From Eledone cirrhosa (lineage: Eukaryota), in assembly GCA_964016885.1 (NCBI GenBank), contig OZ024742.1, forward strand, positions 75,764,001-75,828,000: a stretch of 64,000 bases of DNA, read 5' to 3'. Every line of letters starts with the position of its first letter. Position 1 is the first letter of the stretch. This document shows positions 25,925-39,607 of this stretch, in pieces. The notes below the pieces were generated by a model, which saw only the letters and a list, made by a program, of their open reading frames with translations, made no database searches and was not told the origin of the DNA. The translations under genes and the position numbers were made by a program.

Positions 25925-26150
25925 ATAATGGTTTCTGATTTAGGCGCAGGGCCAACAATTTTAGGGGAGGGGGAAGTGGATTAAATCGACCGCAGTGCAT
26001 TACTGGTGGTGCTTTATTTTATCATCTCGCTAAGGATGAAAGGCAAAGCTAACCTCGGAGGGATTTGAACTCAGAACGTAAAGGGACATAACTCTATGCC
26101 GCGATGCAGGGTGTCCGACGCTCTAACGATAATGCCAATACACGGCCCTT
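25925..26150 (-). mobile_element. tRNA-derived SINE copy
   Basis: Reverse complement of the SINE consensus. Confidence 0.8.
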
Positions 26151-28047
26151 CAACTCAAGAAATATGTCAGACATTATGCTATGAACACGCTGGAACCACA
26201 AGTTATATATATGAGCAATAACGTTACCTTTATATTCGTATATGTATAACAACATTCACAAAAGACCAACGATGGGGTCCCTATTCATTCACGGTAGCTG
26301 CTTGGAAGTGTCGACAAATCTCGGTTAAAAGACACGTCATCATATAAAACACTGACGCACAATGTGTTCCAAGCACATTACTCCTAAAATAAAATATCAT
26401 TCGCTCTTCTTTAGAAATACATTTAACATAGGTTGGCTCAATTATAGTAATTTTCGAACGAGCAGCGATAAATATTAGTTTTGCCTATTACAATTCTAAA
26501 TGATCGTTAACGTGACAAGAGAATTTCCTGTCACTTCAGATATATGTTCAGAATTGTGCTGATAAAAGTATTATATGAATGAAAGTGGCGATATTTATTG
26601 CGTTAACGTGTCTTATTTTCCTTTGTGTTGATTATGGAGTGTACGTAGACTTCATGAAATGTATATTACTGGTATTTCAAATGAAAAGACTAAAAGCAAA
26701 TATATCAAATTCATATGCCATCTATCTCCAAAAAATAAGCTAGCGTCCGCCATTTAACGCCGTATTATGTAATTAAATTCAATGTGTCATATGTTTGTGA
26801 CCAAATATTGTGAAGACTGGAAAATAGATTTCGTCTTCCATTTCAAACTTTCCCATTCATATTTCTGAGATCTAATTACAGATCAAAACTAATACTTATA
26901 ACATATAGCAACAAAACATTTGAATACATATATGTGTATACATATATGTGTATACATATATCTGTATACCCATTTTAACTGTCATTAATAGTAAGATGGT
27001 ATTGGTTGGATATGAAAGATATATAGAATTACGTTGCATATAAAAGCCACATGATCCTTTAAATGCTAGAATAATTCATGCAGAGCATCATTAAATGTTA
27101 ATTAATTCAAATTCCACCGTTAGCAGGTAGAAAGATTGATTGACATTATGGTCATTTCTTATCAGAAAACGCAGCAGAGAAAGCTGTGAAATAATTGCAA
27201 ATAAGTTGTAGGGTTTTTGTGCAAGAGAGAATAGTAAATATCAGGATGCCAGAATGCCTAAATGTATAATAGATTAAATAGCTAGCAAGAAATTGTGTCC
27301 AAAACCCAATTTGAATTTTCACTTATATTACCTAGCATTTTGACGTGGAAAACGTCATATACAAAATACTCCCAATATTAAGTGCAATACAAATAACGCA
27401 GTGTGCGCATTTTGTTTACGTAAGTATTAATAACTGTTAGCCTGAATGATAAATAATTTACGAATGTATAATTCTCTTCTTTCTAAACAACATGCACCAC
27501 ATCGTGTCATGAAGAGAAATCATTGCGAGGGAAATTGTTTGCAAAAATTCTTTGCTCAGGATACGAATCGAGTTGACATAGATCCAGGAAACATTGGGGG
27601 GATTCACCAAATTTTCGTCCAGTTTTATAGCATATTATCACATGACTAAACATTTCTAAAACATTACCGAGATAGAAAATAAAAAAACCGTGTTGGACAT
27701 ACAATTTTGATAATAAAGTTGACAGATCACTATATCCAACAGAGGCGTCATTGAGAGCTTCAAATATATAATCCACAGAGACAGGTTGTTCAATGGAGAA
27801 GCTAAATCAGACTCCTTTTTGTATCCAAAGAAGAATGGAGGGAAATGAATGGCAGTTATTTCGTTGCTCTACTCTATCAGTCATATTTCGGTCTTGTTAC
27901 ACATTTTCATGGAATGATTCTTTACCAGTGCTGTCAAACGAAGATTGGTTGGCATACAGAAACATTATTTCTGAATATACAATAATATAAATACATACAT
28001 GTATACACCTGAATATACACACACATACTCACACACAGAGCACTCAT

Positions 28048-28090
<43 letters not shown>

Positions 28091-28532
28091 GGGAGAGAGG
28101 GGGGGGGAAGACACAGACAGAGAGGGGGGGAAGACACATACAGAGAGACAGAGAGTTAGATAGATAGATACATAGATAGACAGATAGATAGATAAATTTT
28201 ATGGGATATTTCCATCTGTGCAACAGCAAATATTCATATAGTTCTCTAAATACTCAATAAGAAAATACTACACATTACAGAATTCTAACGAAAATTAGAT
28301 ATCAATGATGGATGGCTCAATATAAGGAGTTGATATGTTTTCGAAAAAAATAACTAAAAAAAAAATTGAACACAAAATTGCCAATCTTACATTTTATAAC
28401 TGATACGATATTAAAATTCATAAACAGAATTTTGATAAAGTGCACAGGAATATGATAGTGGAAATTTATTAATAACTAAACTTATAATTAAATTTCTTGT
28501 GATTGTTGTAGACGGGGATAGCGTCATACACA

Positions 28533-28589
<57 letters not shown>

Positions 28590-28775
28590 ACACACACACA
28601 CATATATGCATGTATGTATAAATATATATATATATAAATATATAAATGTAATCCCAGTTTTCCGAATATTAATAATAATATTCGATTCGTTTGCAATTAT
28701 GCAAAGAAGCCTCTTTAAGCCATATCAGTAGAATAACTCCGCCATTGTTGCTCTTGTGTTGGCATATAGATATGA

Positions 28776-28819
28776 TGGCAGACACTAATGTTTCTGTGTG
28801 ATTACCTTCATCAGTACCG
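28776..28819 (-). ncRNA. Hammerhead with weakened stem II
   Basis: ggua-CUGAUGA-agguaaucacaca-GAAA-CAUUAGUG-UC-ugcc. Confidence 0.55.
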
Positions 28820-29227
28820 TATACTATTTACTTGCCAACTGTCAGAGCTAGTGAAAATATATATTTTCTGATGTGAGACTGATCGGCCTGATTTGCATAT
28901 TAGCAGTCTGCCTGATCAATCAGATCTGCATATCAGCAGACCCACTGATCAGCCAGATTTGCATATCAGCAGACAGGCCAGTCAATTTCATGTATACGTG
29001 CGATTAATGACCGGCTTTGCCATATTCAAATAACTAACAAATAGTTTTACCACTCTACACGACTGAATACAATACATGTAATCTGAGTTTTTCGAATATT
29101 AACAATAATATTCGATTCGTTTGCAATTATGCAAACAGCGTCTTTAGCCATGTCAGTAGAATGACCCCGATCAGTCACTGTATATATAAAAAAATATCAT
29201 ATATTTTCACTAACTCTGATAGTTCGC

Positions 29228-29272
29228 CGGTACTGATGAAGGGTAATCACCCAGAAATATTTGTATCTGCCG
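29228..29272 (+). ncRNA. Type I hammerhead ribozyme
   Basis: cggua-CUGAUGA-A.GGGU-aauc-ACCC.A-GAAA-UAUUUGUA-UC-ugccg. Confidence 0.75.
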
Positions 29273-29378
29273 TTCTATTTTTATGGTAACACAAGAGCTA
29301 CAATAGCGGGCTCATTCTACTGACACGGTTTAAAAAGGCTGCTTGCATGATTGCAAACTAATCGAACATTATTATTAT

Positions 29379-29429
<51 letters not shown>

Positions 29430-29434
<5 letters not shown>

Positions 29435-30147
29435 AAAAGAATGAAACAACATTTCATTTCTCACTCTTAGTACGGCTGATACTTAAATATAAGTATGTAC
29501 ACATACATACATGTATACAGACGTACAGTAGTATGTATATATATACATACATGCACACATATATATATATGCCTATGGGTTTACCGAACATTTATTATAA
29601 TGTTCGGTTTGTTTGTAACCAAAAAGCTCGAATTACGCCGTAGAGTGTTCGGCAACCATCGTTGCCCTTGTGTTCAACACTGATAAAGGAACGATTAACT
29701 TGTTTCAAGCTTATTAGCTATCGTCAGCATCGTATACTTGCCTGTCAGATGATTGAACGTTTGAAAGTATATACTTTCCTTGTGCATATTAACGGCTGAG
29801 CAGCCTAATTTGCATATCGAGTGAGTTAGTCGGCCGGGCGTACCGAAAACGATAAATATTAAAGAATGAAACGAAATTTCATTTCTCACTCTTAGTATGG
29901 TTGATACTTAAATATAAGTATGTACACGTACATACATATATGTATACAGACGTACAGGAAGGTATACGATGTTGACGATAGCTAATAAGCTGCAACTAGT
30001 TCATCGTTCCTTTGTTAGTGTTGAACAAAAGGGCAACGATGGTTGCCGAACACTGTACGGAGTAATGCGGGCTGTTTGTTTACAAAAAAACGGAACATTA
30101 TAATAAATGTTCGGTAAACCCATACGTACACATATATATATGTGTGC

Positions 30148-30190
<43 letters not shown>

Positions 30191-30240
30191 CTAGTGTACG
30201 TCTGTATACATATATGTATGTACGTGTACATACTTATATA
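29430..30240. mobile_element. Inverted/tandem composite of an HHR-bearing non-coding unit
   Basis: About 29480-29740 is inverted at about 29960-30240; direct partial repeat at 29860-29955; full relative at 56140-56512. Confidence 0.85.
29691..29733 (-). ncRNA. Type I hammerhead ribozyme, slightly mutated
   Basis: acgaug-CUGACGA-U.AGC-uaauaa-GCU.U-GAAA-CAAG-UU-aaucgu; degenerate partner at 29966-30007 (+). Confidence 0.65.
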
Positions 30241-31724
30241 TATATATATATATTTATTTATTTATGAATATGTGCTTGTGTGTGACAGTAAGAAGTCTGT
30301 GTTATGTTCTTACATATCTCGATGATTGTCTGTTCAGTAGAGATCCATAATACAAAGAATGATGGATTAAATCATATGATAGTGTACTCTATCGAAGCGG
30401 TATTCCAATGTCGGTGACTAGTAAACAAAAATGATATTTTGGACATTTTCTTAAATAAAATTATATGAAATTCTTCAATCTTTGTGTTGGCCTGTTGTGT
30501 TTTAAAAAGATATGTCTATTCATTTTCTTCTTGATGTTGACTCAGGAGTCCAACTTCAGCCAACAGCTTCACCAAATTCTTACCAGCAGTGAAAATACTG
30601 TATCTTTAGAAAGACTAGGATTAACCCCAGGCTCATGAATTTCTTTCTGTTCTGAATATTCAAGATGTCGGTAGGCTCGCTATTTATAGCAGATCAAATG
30701 ATTAACTAACCCTATTTTGCTTAATTTGAAAAATTCGTTTCTCTTTATATGAATGTGAACGAATAATCACAAATGTTTTCTGTGTAAACCACGTCAATTT
30801 CAATATCATATATCAAAAGCTTATATTCCCTAGACGTGATATATATATCCTTTATGATTAGTATACGTGAGTTAGTGTTATTCTTGAATTACGTTTTCGT
30901 TTTATGACCTTATAATTATAGTCTTAAAATTAGAGTAATAAGATATATACATCAATAATATGCGTATTATATATGTTCAGCTTCTTCATAAGTGTTTTTG
31001 GAAAATATACGAGCCATTACATTTATTAATATAAATATATTAGTCTTCCGCAGCATGATTGGGTCAACAATTGACGTAACTCCGAGCCTCGGCAAACAGG
31101 AGTTTATTCCGATTTCAATGTCATAGATTTTGACCCCGATCTACTACTGGTATTCCTGAAGTGTTTTGCTCAAGCTTACCACGCAAAGTCATGCCCCGGA
31201 CGCGGAACCCATGACATCATTATCCTAAACTGTAGGTTGCTATAAAGCCCCAAATACATAATTTGCCTGAGATATATCTAAATATTCGTGCAATCCTGTT
31301 ATTCAATCGAAACAATATGAATATCGGTATGAGCAGGAGTAAACAAATGTATTTCTCGTCCACTAAGCTGGAAAAAATGAATTGTCCTATTAATTCGTCG
31401 CGATATTCGAGTCACATAACGTATTACGCTGAGCTTCTATGAAAAATACGTGTAAGGGTACACATGCCATATGAATGCTCATGCACTATCAAAATAGTTT
31501 GCTCCCATCTCCAAAGAATTGGAACACTCATCGCCGGAGTCGAGGTATATCCAAAATACAATAATGCACGCAAACCACACACAAACAATTAAACACATAT
31601 ATATGTATTGTCAGATACATACGTGGTTACGCTGAAAAGCTCAGAGGCTGACTATGAAGGAATGATGGTAGAGATGTGAACCATTGCATGCATTAATTTC
31701 AAGTCTTATTAGTAACTGTATTAT

Positions 31725-31865
31725 CGCTAGAGGGTCGCACGCCATGCTTTGACGCATAGAGCTATGGCCCTTGCCATTCTGAGTTCAAATCCCGCCAGGG
31801 TTAACTTTGCCTTTCATCCTTACGGGGTCGATAAAATAAAGTACCAGTAATGCACTGGGTAATTG
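31725..31865 (+). mobile_element. tRNA-derived SINE copy, inserted in a mariner MITE remnant
   Basis: SINE core directly follows a MITE-like segment at 31620-31720. Confidence 0.75.
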
Positions 31866-32603
31866 CGCCATGGTTTCAAATCATATTGAGGTCAATTTGG
31901 CTTTTCTTCCTTTCGTTAAAAAAAGTATCCGTCCAGAAGGGGTGGACTGGCAGAATTGATAATCTCTTTTGTGAATTCTGATATTAAATTCCACCTCCTG
32001 TAACTGAAGTAGTTATGACAGGAGTTGCCACCGACAAGTAGCAAAATAGACGCAAATAACAATATAAACACAGTTTTGTTAGTCTGATCTTGTAATTAAC
32101 ATGTTTTCTTTCTGATATATACGTACTGAATATTCATCTGCTTTTACTCAAAACAAGTTTTTCCGTTCCTTCCTCTTCTCAATATCTAACTTACTATTTC
32201 ATCCTTTATTTCTAATTTTATATTTTGATAAAGAACGTCTCCAAAATGTAACGATACCTTTCTTACTGTGTCAAGCATTAAACTAATATTTTCGTCATTG
32301 TACTGTATTGTTTGCCTTTTCACTATATATATATATATAGGAAAAGAATCAGGACCCCGACGGCTAAGCAACGGCCGTTTCGACAGCTAGCTCTAGGAAA
32401 GATCTTTTTCCGAGCCGTATAGTATAACTGAACAAAAAAGGGAAAAAGGAACACAGACATATACATATATGTGTTCAAATAATAATGGACCAGAAACGCT
32501 AAGGTGAAAAAAATACTAACTACAGACAATAGGGTTTGTCAGGCTCAATTTAAGAATAAATCAAGAAAAATAAATACAAACCATAATTGTGGTAACAACC
32601 CAA

Positions 32604-32684
32604 CACCCGGACAGTTTTGATAAAACTGGTTCGCAATATTATTTGTGAAAAGGAGTACCAAAGTCCTAAGCTCATCAGCGGGTG
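32604..32684 (-). ncRNA. Hammerhead with long stem III, A15.1C
   Basis: cacccg-CUGAUGA-GC...GC-GAAC-CAGUUUU-auc-AAAACUG-UC-cgggug. Confidence 0.7.
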
Positions 32685-32954
32685 AACGAAATAGTATCCT
32701 GAGCACTTCTAAATCTAATAAAAAAACTGGCTAGGATATGTATATATAACGCACATGGTTTCCGAACTTAGCGTGTCGAGTACACTCACGCCACTAAAAA
32801 TAGCAGCCGAGTTTACTCGACATTTGAATTAGCTCGACGAATTAACGGAGCTGAATATATCAAAGGCAGGTATTGACTTAAAGATTACGAGCTGAGGATC
32901 CGCTAAGGTGAAACAATTCTTTTCGGTATGGTGAACTAACTGTTGTGTAACCCC

Positions 32955-33020
<66 letters not shown>

Positions 33021-33111
33021 CAATGCAAGTATCGGATAAGTAGCACTCAACAGTTTATAGGACTGGAGTATAAATAATATAAGATCAACAGATGGTTAAA
33101 AGAGATCCATG

Positions 33112-33182
33112 TATTTTATTATACGCATTTCAAAAACAAATATCATCATGAGATGATATTTGCGTTCTCATCAGATAAAATA
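33112..33182 (-). ncRNA. Type I hammerhead ribozyme, intact core
   Basis: uauuuuau-CUGAUGA-long stem II (gcaaauaucauc/gaugauauuugu)-GAAA-UGCGUA-UA-auaaaaua. Confidence 0.85.
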
Positions 33183-33754
33183 GGGAGACATGATATGAAG
33201 CTTAAAAAACACTTGCGAGCAGTGAAATGTTAAATCAACATATGAAAAATAAAATAAGATGGATATATGAGATTCGGAAAAAAAAGAAGGAAGGGGGAAG
33301 GAAAAGGTATGTAGGTTTATTTTCATCTGAATGTTATATGTTTCTGATACGAGGGACCGCCGGTATGCGATGTTGGTTGTAAGGGAGCCGACCCCTTTAT
33401 GATTCCTTGAGCTAGGGGGGAAAGGATGGTCTGTCCTCCGAATTTGGTCATTTGACACCGTATGTCAAAAATAGCAAGTCACAGTTATAGGATCGCATTC
33501 GGAAAGCCACCTGCTTCTCCCGTTCCTATCTACCAGGTAGTGGTCGTTATAGGAGAAGTGAGAGATATTTCCTCTCCCACCTCGCTAGTTTACTTGGCGG
33601 CAACACTACCAAACTATTAAGGTTATGTGTGGGAGGAGGGGATAACTGAAAGAGAGGTTGAAATATAAAAAAATTATAAAATAAGATATAAATTAAATAG
33701 AGGATTAAATTAAATTAAAAGGATATACTTAAATTAGATAGCATTATAGCTTAA

Positions 33755-33945
33755 GCGCGGTGGATTGGCAGTATCGGTAGAGGGTCGGACGCCATGCTCT
33801 GACGCAAAGTGTTACGGCCCTTTCCATTCCTAGTTCAAATCCCGCCGAGGTTAACTTTGCCTTTCAACCTTACGGGGTCGATAAAATAAAGTACCAGTAA
33901 TACACTGGATAATTGCTGGCCTTGTGCCAAATGTAGAAACAATTA
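33755..33945 (+). mobile_element. tRNA-derived SINE copy
   Basis: Full-length consensus; attatagcttaa on both sides resembles a TSD. Confidence 0.85.
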
Positions 33946-36800
33946 TAGCTTAACAAAAATATAAATTACTCATTATATGTTTAACTGAGCTCTAAGCTGT
34001 TTATTTATAGACATGGGATCCCTTCTCTCTCCATCGCTTGGTCTATGATCTACAGTCGTCCACTGTAGTCAATTGAGTTATGCAAAGCCTCAGCTAAGTA
34101 GATTTATGCACTCCTTGAGCAAAGCATGAGAGTGGAATCTTTCGATATAAATGGAAAATCCAGGGCGAAGCCTCGCTTGTCGGAATGTTCCCCATAGCTT
34201 GCTGCAGACAGCAAGGAAACCAATCGAGATCATCGGGCTACCTTGTCTAGCTGATAAGAAGCTATTAGTGAGTTAATTAAATTATTAAATTGGGTGACTA
34301 TTAATAGCATAGACTGACACAAGGTAACTTAATGTATATATTAGAATTTAAAAAAAACCTAACGATAAATTAAAGTAAATTAAAATATGGTCAGAATTGT
34401 AATGATATAATGTTACAATATAATAAGATATAATGGAAAAAATATATATATATATAATAATTGCAATATAGTGATAGTGCACAAGAGTAACTAAAAATAT
34501 ATACAAAAGTAACTAAATATACATTGAAAAAATAAAGATAATGGAACAGAAAATTATTCATATAATGAGGTGACGAATGAGATAGGAATATATGTCATAG
34601 AAACTCATCCGCGTGTTTGTTATCTGGCATCGGAAGTGTCCCATTTTATTGATTGTCGCGGGTTAATGTTATTTAAGATGTTGTCCATAGTAAATTGATG
34701 GTGTTACTAACCATGATCCGCCAATCGTGAAGGATGCATTCTGCCCTCTTGAAAGCTCAGGTAGTTATATTGAAGTGGATGTTTTAGTCCAGTCAGTTGT
34801 TTAATGTGCCGATTACTGTATGATTCGAGCAAAACAGTTAAATCTGGTATTAATTGCGTCAGCAAAGCGCTCAACTTTAAAGGAACATTTAATTATTTTA
34901 ATAGGAAGGTAACCGGCCAGGTATGTGTAATTAACACTTTGTCGATCGGCTGTGATACAGATAAGAAAAGCGATCAACATAGTAAAAGCCGGAGGATTAT
35001 AGAATATTGAATACATCGAAAGCATGTGTATGTAAGTTTATTTTCAAAACATGTTAAAGTTGTTTGTAATATTTCAATATTTAAATACCATCCCACATGC
35101 TCCGACCGACAGAGTGGGTAGGAAAAGCACTACCTAGCCGGCGACCCCAGCAAAATATATATCATAGAGATAAAGTCAAACCTACGTATAACTGCATATG
35201 GACGTCGATGCATTTAATATTCTATAGTGTTCTGACTTGTACTATGTTTATGGGTGTTCGATCAGGGTGAGATGCAATATTGCAAAGCCTATGGGCCTGG
35301 TAAATGCCATGTCCGTGACTGAAACATGAGCTCACTTATAAAATGAACTTTTAAAATTGACTAACATGTAACATAATCTTTGTCTTGGGTACTTGTGGGG
35401 TTTTCTTTCTGCTTTGATCGCATACTTCCAATTATATGATTCTTACACGATCTATCCATTCACACATACTGCCGATTTCCATCATATTAAATTACATTTT
35501 TCCAATATGATATAGCCAATTGCCTCAAACGATCAGAAATGGAATGAATACTTTACACTATTCTGTTTCTGTCATTAATAAATTTACATATTTCGATAAA
35601 TAATTTACAGTTTCTATTCAGCCGAGGCGAAAGAGGATCTTCTTTCTATACTGGCGAAGCTTTAATATATTACAAGAGAATTTTAAAATCATTGTGCAGA
35701 GCACAAATTACATTAAACTGATTGTTCTATTCTATTATTTTCTATTATTTTCTATTATTTATTTTATCTTATAGCCAATATTTCCTCTAGTGGTTTGGGG
35801 CGCACCGTTATTTAAACTAAAATTAGTTTCAGATAAATAATGTTGTCGTTCTTTGTAGACACCACAGTAATTACATATAAATCGGATAGCTAGTAATTGG
35901 AAGGAAACGAAATTTCTGATGTCACCATCGTATGAGGCTTGCGATTGGTGATTGTAAATTACTGGCTATGTTTCTCCATTACAAACGCAGATATTCTAAT
36001 TAAATTGCTTTCCTGACATTCAAATTAGGCAGAATTTCTCTGAATGCCAAATGCTTTCTTTGTGGATAAAATAAATTAACTTATCTATTACACGTGACAA
36101 ACATAAGGGAGCCTATATACTATACGAAGTTCGCCAAACTTTTTAAACGGGTTCACTGGTAAGATTTACCCAACAAAATTTCCCGTTTTATATACCTAAA
36201 GTACTTTGTAATATGGGTAATTAAACGCTAATACGATGTTTGATATCCATGGGGAGTTATTTCTCTGTCATAACTACAAATTCGATCCACGTGTCGATAA
36301 AACTTGATTCGTTTTATGCCATAATTTCTCTTTATAATGCTAGTTTCTTAATTCAACTTGACAACCGAGACTTCCGATAATCTCATTTCTCTTACATTCT
36401 CATATAAAACAAAACTTTGAATTGCCTTGGTCAATGTAGTAGAGTTTTGCATACACTAAATTTATTTCTTTATCACTCGAGGGATAATATATTATAATTG
36501 AATGTTCAGGAACCGACATGCATTTTGGTTTTGATCTTGATTTTATATGTTAAAGAGATGCGTGTTCGCTTTTGATCGATTCAAAACCGATTAATGCACG
36601 TCACACACAAGTGGACAAATAGTAATGTATTTTGGCAAGATAACTTCGCAATTTGTGAAGGAATGAACAGCAATTGATTAAATTGGCTCCAATATTTTAC
36701 TGTCGCATAATATATGCCAATATCAGAGCATACTCGCAAGCCTAAAATGTGTATCATATGGCAGCAAAGTCCATTGAATTCACAGTCTAATTCTATATTA

Positions 36801-36813
36801 AGAGAGTGAGAGA

Positions 36814-36897
<84 letters not shown>

Positions 36898-36914
36898 TAT
36901 ATAGATAGATATAT

Positions 36915-36996
<82 letters not shown>
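36801..36996. repeat. (GA)n microsatellite
   Basis: Direct observation. Confidence 0.95.
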
Positions 36997-36998
<2 letters not shown>

Positions 36999-37595
36999 GA
37001 GTAAGAGATACACTGCGTAATAAGGTAAATCTGCAGCAGTAAATGAATTTGATAATAACTGTGCTCAAACATATATAGAGAGTGAAGAGATTAGATTGAT
37101 ATTTTTGTCTTTGTACAACCGAGAACAGGATCCTGTGGATATGAAATGAACTTCTCAAACACTCAGTTATACCGCAAATAAATGGATACACACGTACGTA
37201 TATTCATATACATACACACAATCAAACACACACATACACACATACACACACATGCATATATATATAAACCATGTTTGTAAATAATATTATTCTTTCGTTC
37301 CCATTTCCTTAACATGTATAACATCACCTTATGTTCTCTTCTACATTTTGTACAAACACAAATTCCTTTTTTCTCTCCCACTCACATAATTTGAAAATGC
37401 ATAAAATGCTGAAATCGGTAATTGATAATTATTAAATAAAAAAATTGATAAATAAATAAATCAATGCTATTGTTAATTAATAAATAAACACATAATACTT
37501 TGGCACTTCACACAAAGTAAAATAATTTGTTTTAAACATTTTCATTTAAAAATAACTGAACAAAAAAATCTTCCTTCATAAAAATCGTTTTTCTC

Positions 37596-37706
<111 letters not shown>

Positions 37707-37707
37707 T

Positions 37708-38400
37708 ATACTATATATAGAGTTATAAACTCAAACAGTCTTTTACAATTAGATAGCTCAAAGAAAGATATGTCTGAGCCGTGAAATACAAATTAATATA
37801 AATTAATATATGATAAACACTAATACAATTATATAAGTGTTTGTATTGCAAATGACCAAGTTAGCTAGATTGAAAAATTAAATTAATACAGTTTGCCTGT
37901 CTCGATTTAAAATAATAAATCAATAAAAACAAACCCATATTGGCAATAGCCGTGATACCTGGACAAATTTAAATTTCAAAACCCAAACCTGTTCCGCAGA
38001 CAAATTTAAATTTCAAAACCCAAATTCGTTTCGCAACGATAAGTGAAAATTCTATTTCTGTGCTCTTCGGCAGGTATCCAGAAAATTGGTATGTTTCACC
38101 TCAAAATACTTAGGAGGACTGATAGACAAGTGTTGAACGCACATGGTTTTTCAGCGCCTAGCTAGTCTTATTATCGTGCTGCTAGAAATAACAGCCGTTT
38201 TTATGGGACTAAAATTTAGCTCAACAAAAGGAGCCGTTAATACTATATATAGAGTTATAAACTCAAACAGTCTTTTAAAATTAAATAGCTCAAAGAAAGA
38301 TATTTCTGATCCGTGAAATACAAATTAATATAAATTAATATACGATAAACATTAATACAATTATATAAGTGTTTGTATTGCAAATGACCAAGTTAGCTAA
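37708..38400 (-). mobile_element. Non-coding HHR-bearing element with ~160-bp terminal direct repeat
   Basis: 37708-37868 is repeated at 38240-38400; homologous to 32340-32960 (aacgcacatggttt, aaata.cagccg). Confidence 0.75.
37954..38078 (-). ncRNA. Hammerhead with U4C core and duplicated stem III segment
   Basis: gauaccug-CCGAAGA-GCA...UGC-GAAA-long stem III-GUC-cagguauc; 8-bp stem I. Confidence 0.65.
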
Positions 38401-39337
38401 CTTTTTCAATCAAGCTAAGGATTTAATAATATGTGCGATTGAAAGAAAATGTTGATATGTATTATTAAAAATAGCAAAAGTAATGTAAGTAAGGATATAT
38501 TGTGAAAAAAAGTAGAAGATAGGATGAAATAGATGAGCATGAAAGTGAGAAAAAAATAATGAATTGAGGATGAATAATCTAACGTCAAAAAAATGTTTAT
38601 GTTTACGAAGGATTTTTTCAAGATGATATAAAGTAAGAATATATTGTATTGTGTAGTAATTGTTTCTATGTTAGGCACAGTGAGAAAAAGCTACAGATAT
38701 TAAAAGAAAAAGAAAAGAAAAGGAAAAAGAAGAAAGGGAAGTAATAAATAGGAGTGATATATAATGAGTAACAAGTATTATATAATGTATAATAAATAAC
38801 TTTGAAATAAGGTAGAAAGATGGGTATATTTTTAAAGAAGTATATATATATGTATGTGCCTTTGAGAAAATGATTCTAGATTGATAAATTATTGGATATT
38901 AGCTGTAAACTTTATGGAATGTTCTGTGGAATTTATGCAAGCAGAGAGAAAACAAGTCATATTATTAAACCCTTCAATATACAAACCTTAACTTTACATT
39001 ATTTTTCTCTTCGTTAATTTTCAAATTCTTTTAATTTATACATTATCTTCCAACGGTTTTTCAACCTCTCTATGTAAAACAATATATCTTTCTCAGTTAT
39101 AAAAGCTATCTCTCTCCCTCTCTATCACTCATCTCTCCTCCTATCTCATCCTTCCTCATTATACTCCTCCCCCTCCACTCTTTACTCTCATCTCCTCCTC
39201 TTTTTCATCCTTTCCAACCATCTCCCTCAAACATTATTTTTCCTCAATATCACACATCAATCTAAAACTACTTTTCATATGTTGATTTAAAACTGCACTA
39301 TCCACAAGTGTTTTGTAACCTTCATATCATGTCTTCC

Positions 39338-39408
39338 TATTTTATCTGATGAAAACACAAATGTTATTGCATGATGATATTTGTTTTTGAAATGCGCATA
39401 ATCAAATA
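39338..39408 (+). ncRNA. Type I hammerhead ribozyme, intact core
   Basis: uauuuuau-CUGAUGA-stem II-GAAA-UGCGCA-UA-aucaaaua; perfect palindromic stem III; same family as 33112. Confidence 0.8.
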
Positions 39409-39531
39409 CATGGAACTCGTTTAACCATCTTTTGATCTTATATACTATGTATATTCCCGTCCTACAAACTGTAGAGTGCTTCTTATCCGATATCTGCATT
39501 TCTTTATTGTACTACAATAAAACTCACCCCC

Positions 39532-39607
<76 letters not shown>

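Larger units (their letters stand above)
28640..29385. mobile_element. Inverted-repeat composite, same family as 17600-18550
   Basis: Shared blocks attcgattcgtttgcaattatgc and actgatcggcctgatttgcatattagcag; divergent HHRs; (TA)n flanks. Confidence 0.85.
16210..35025 (-). pseudogene. Possible decayed multi-exon gene with ANF-receptor-like ectodomain
   Basis: Four minus-strand exon-like blocks (~34610-35025, 27480-27970, 22917-23065, 16210-16535) with protein-like reading, stops and some splice-like ends; family assignment by eye only. Confidence 0.3.
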
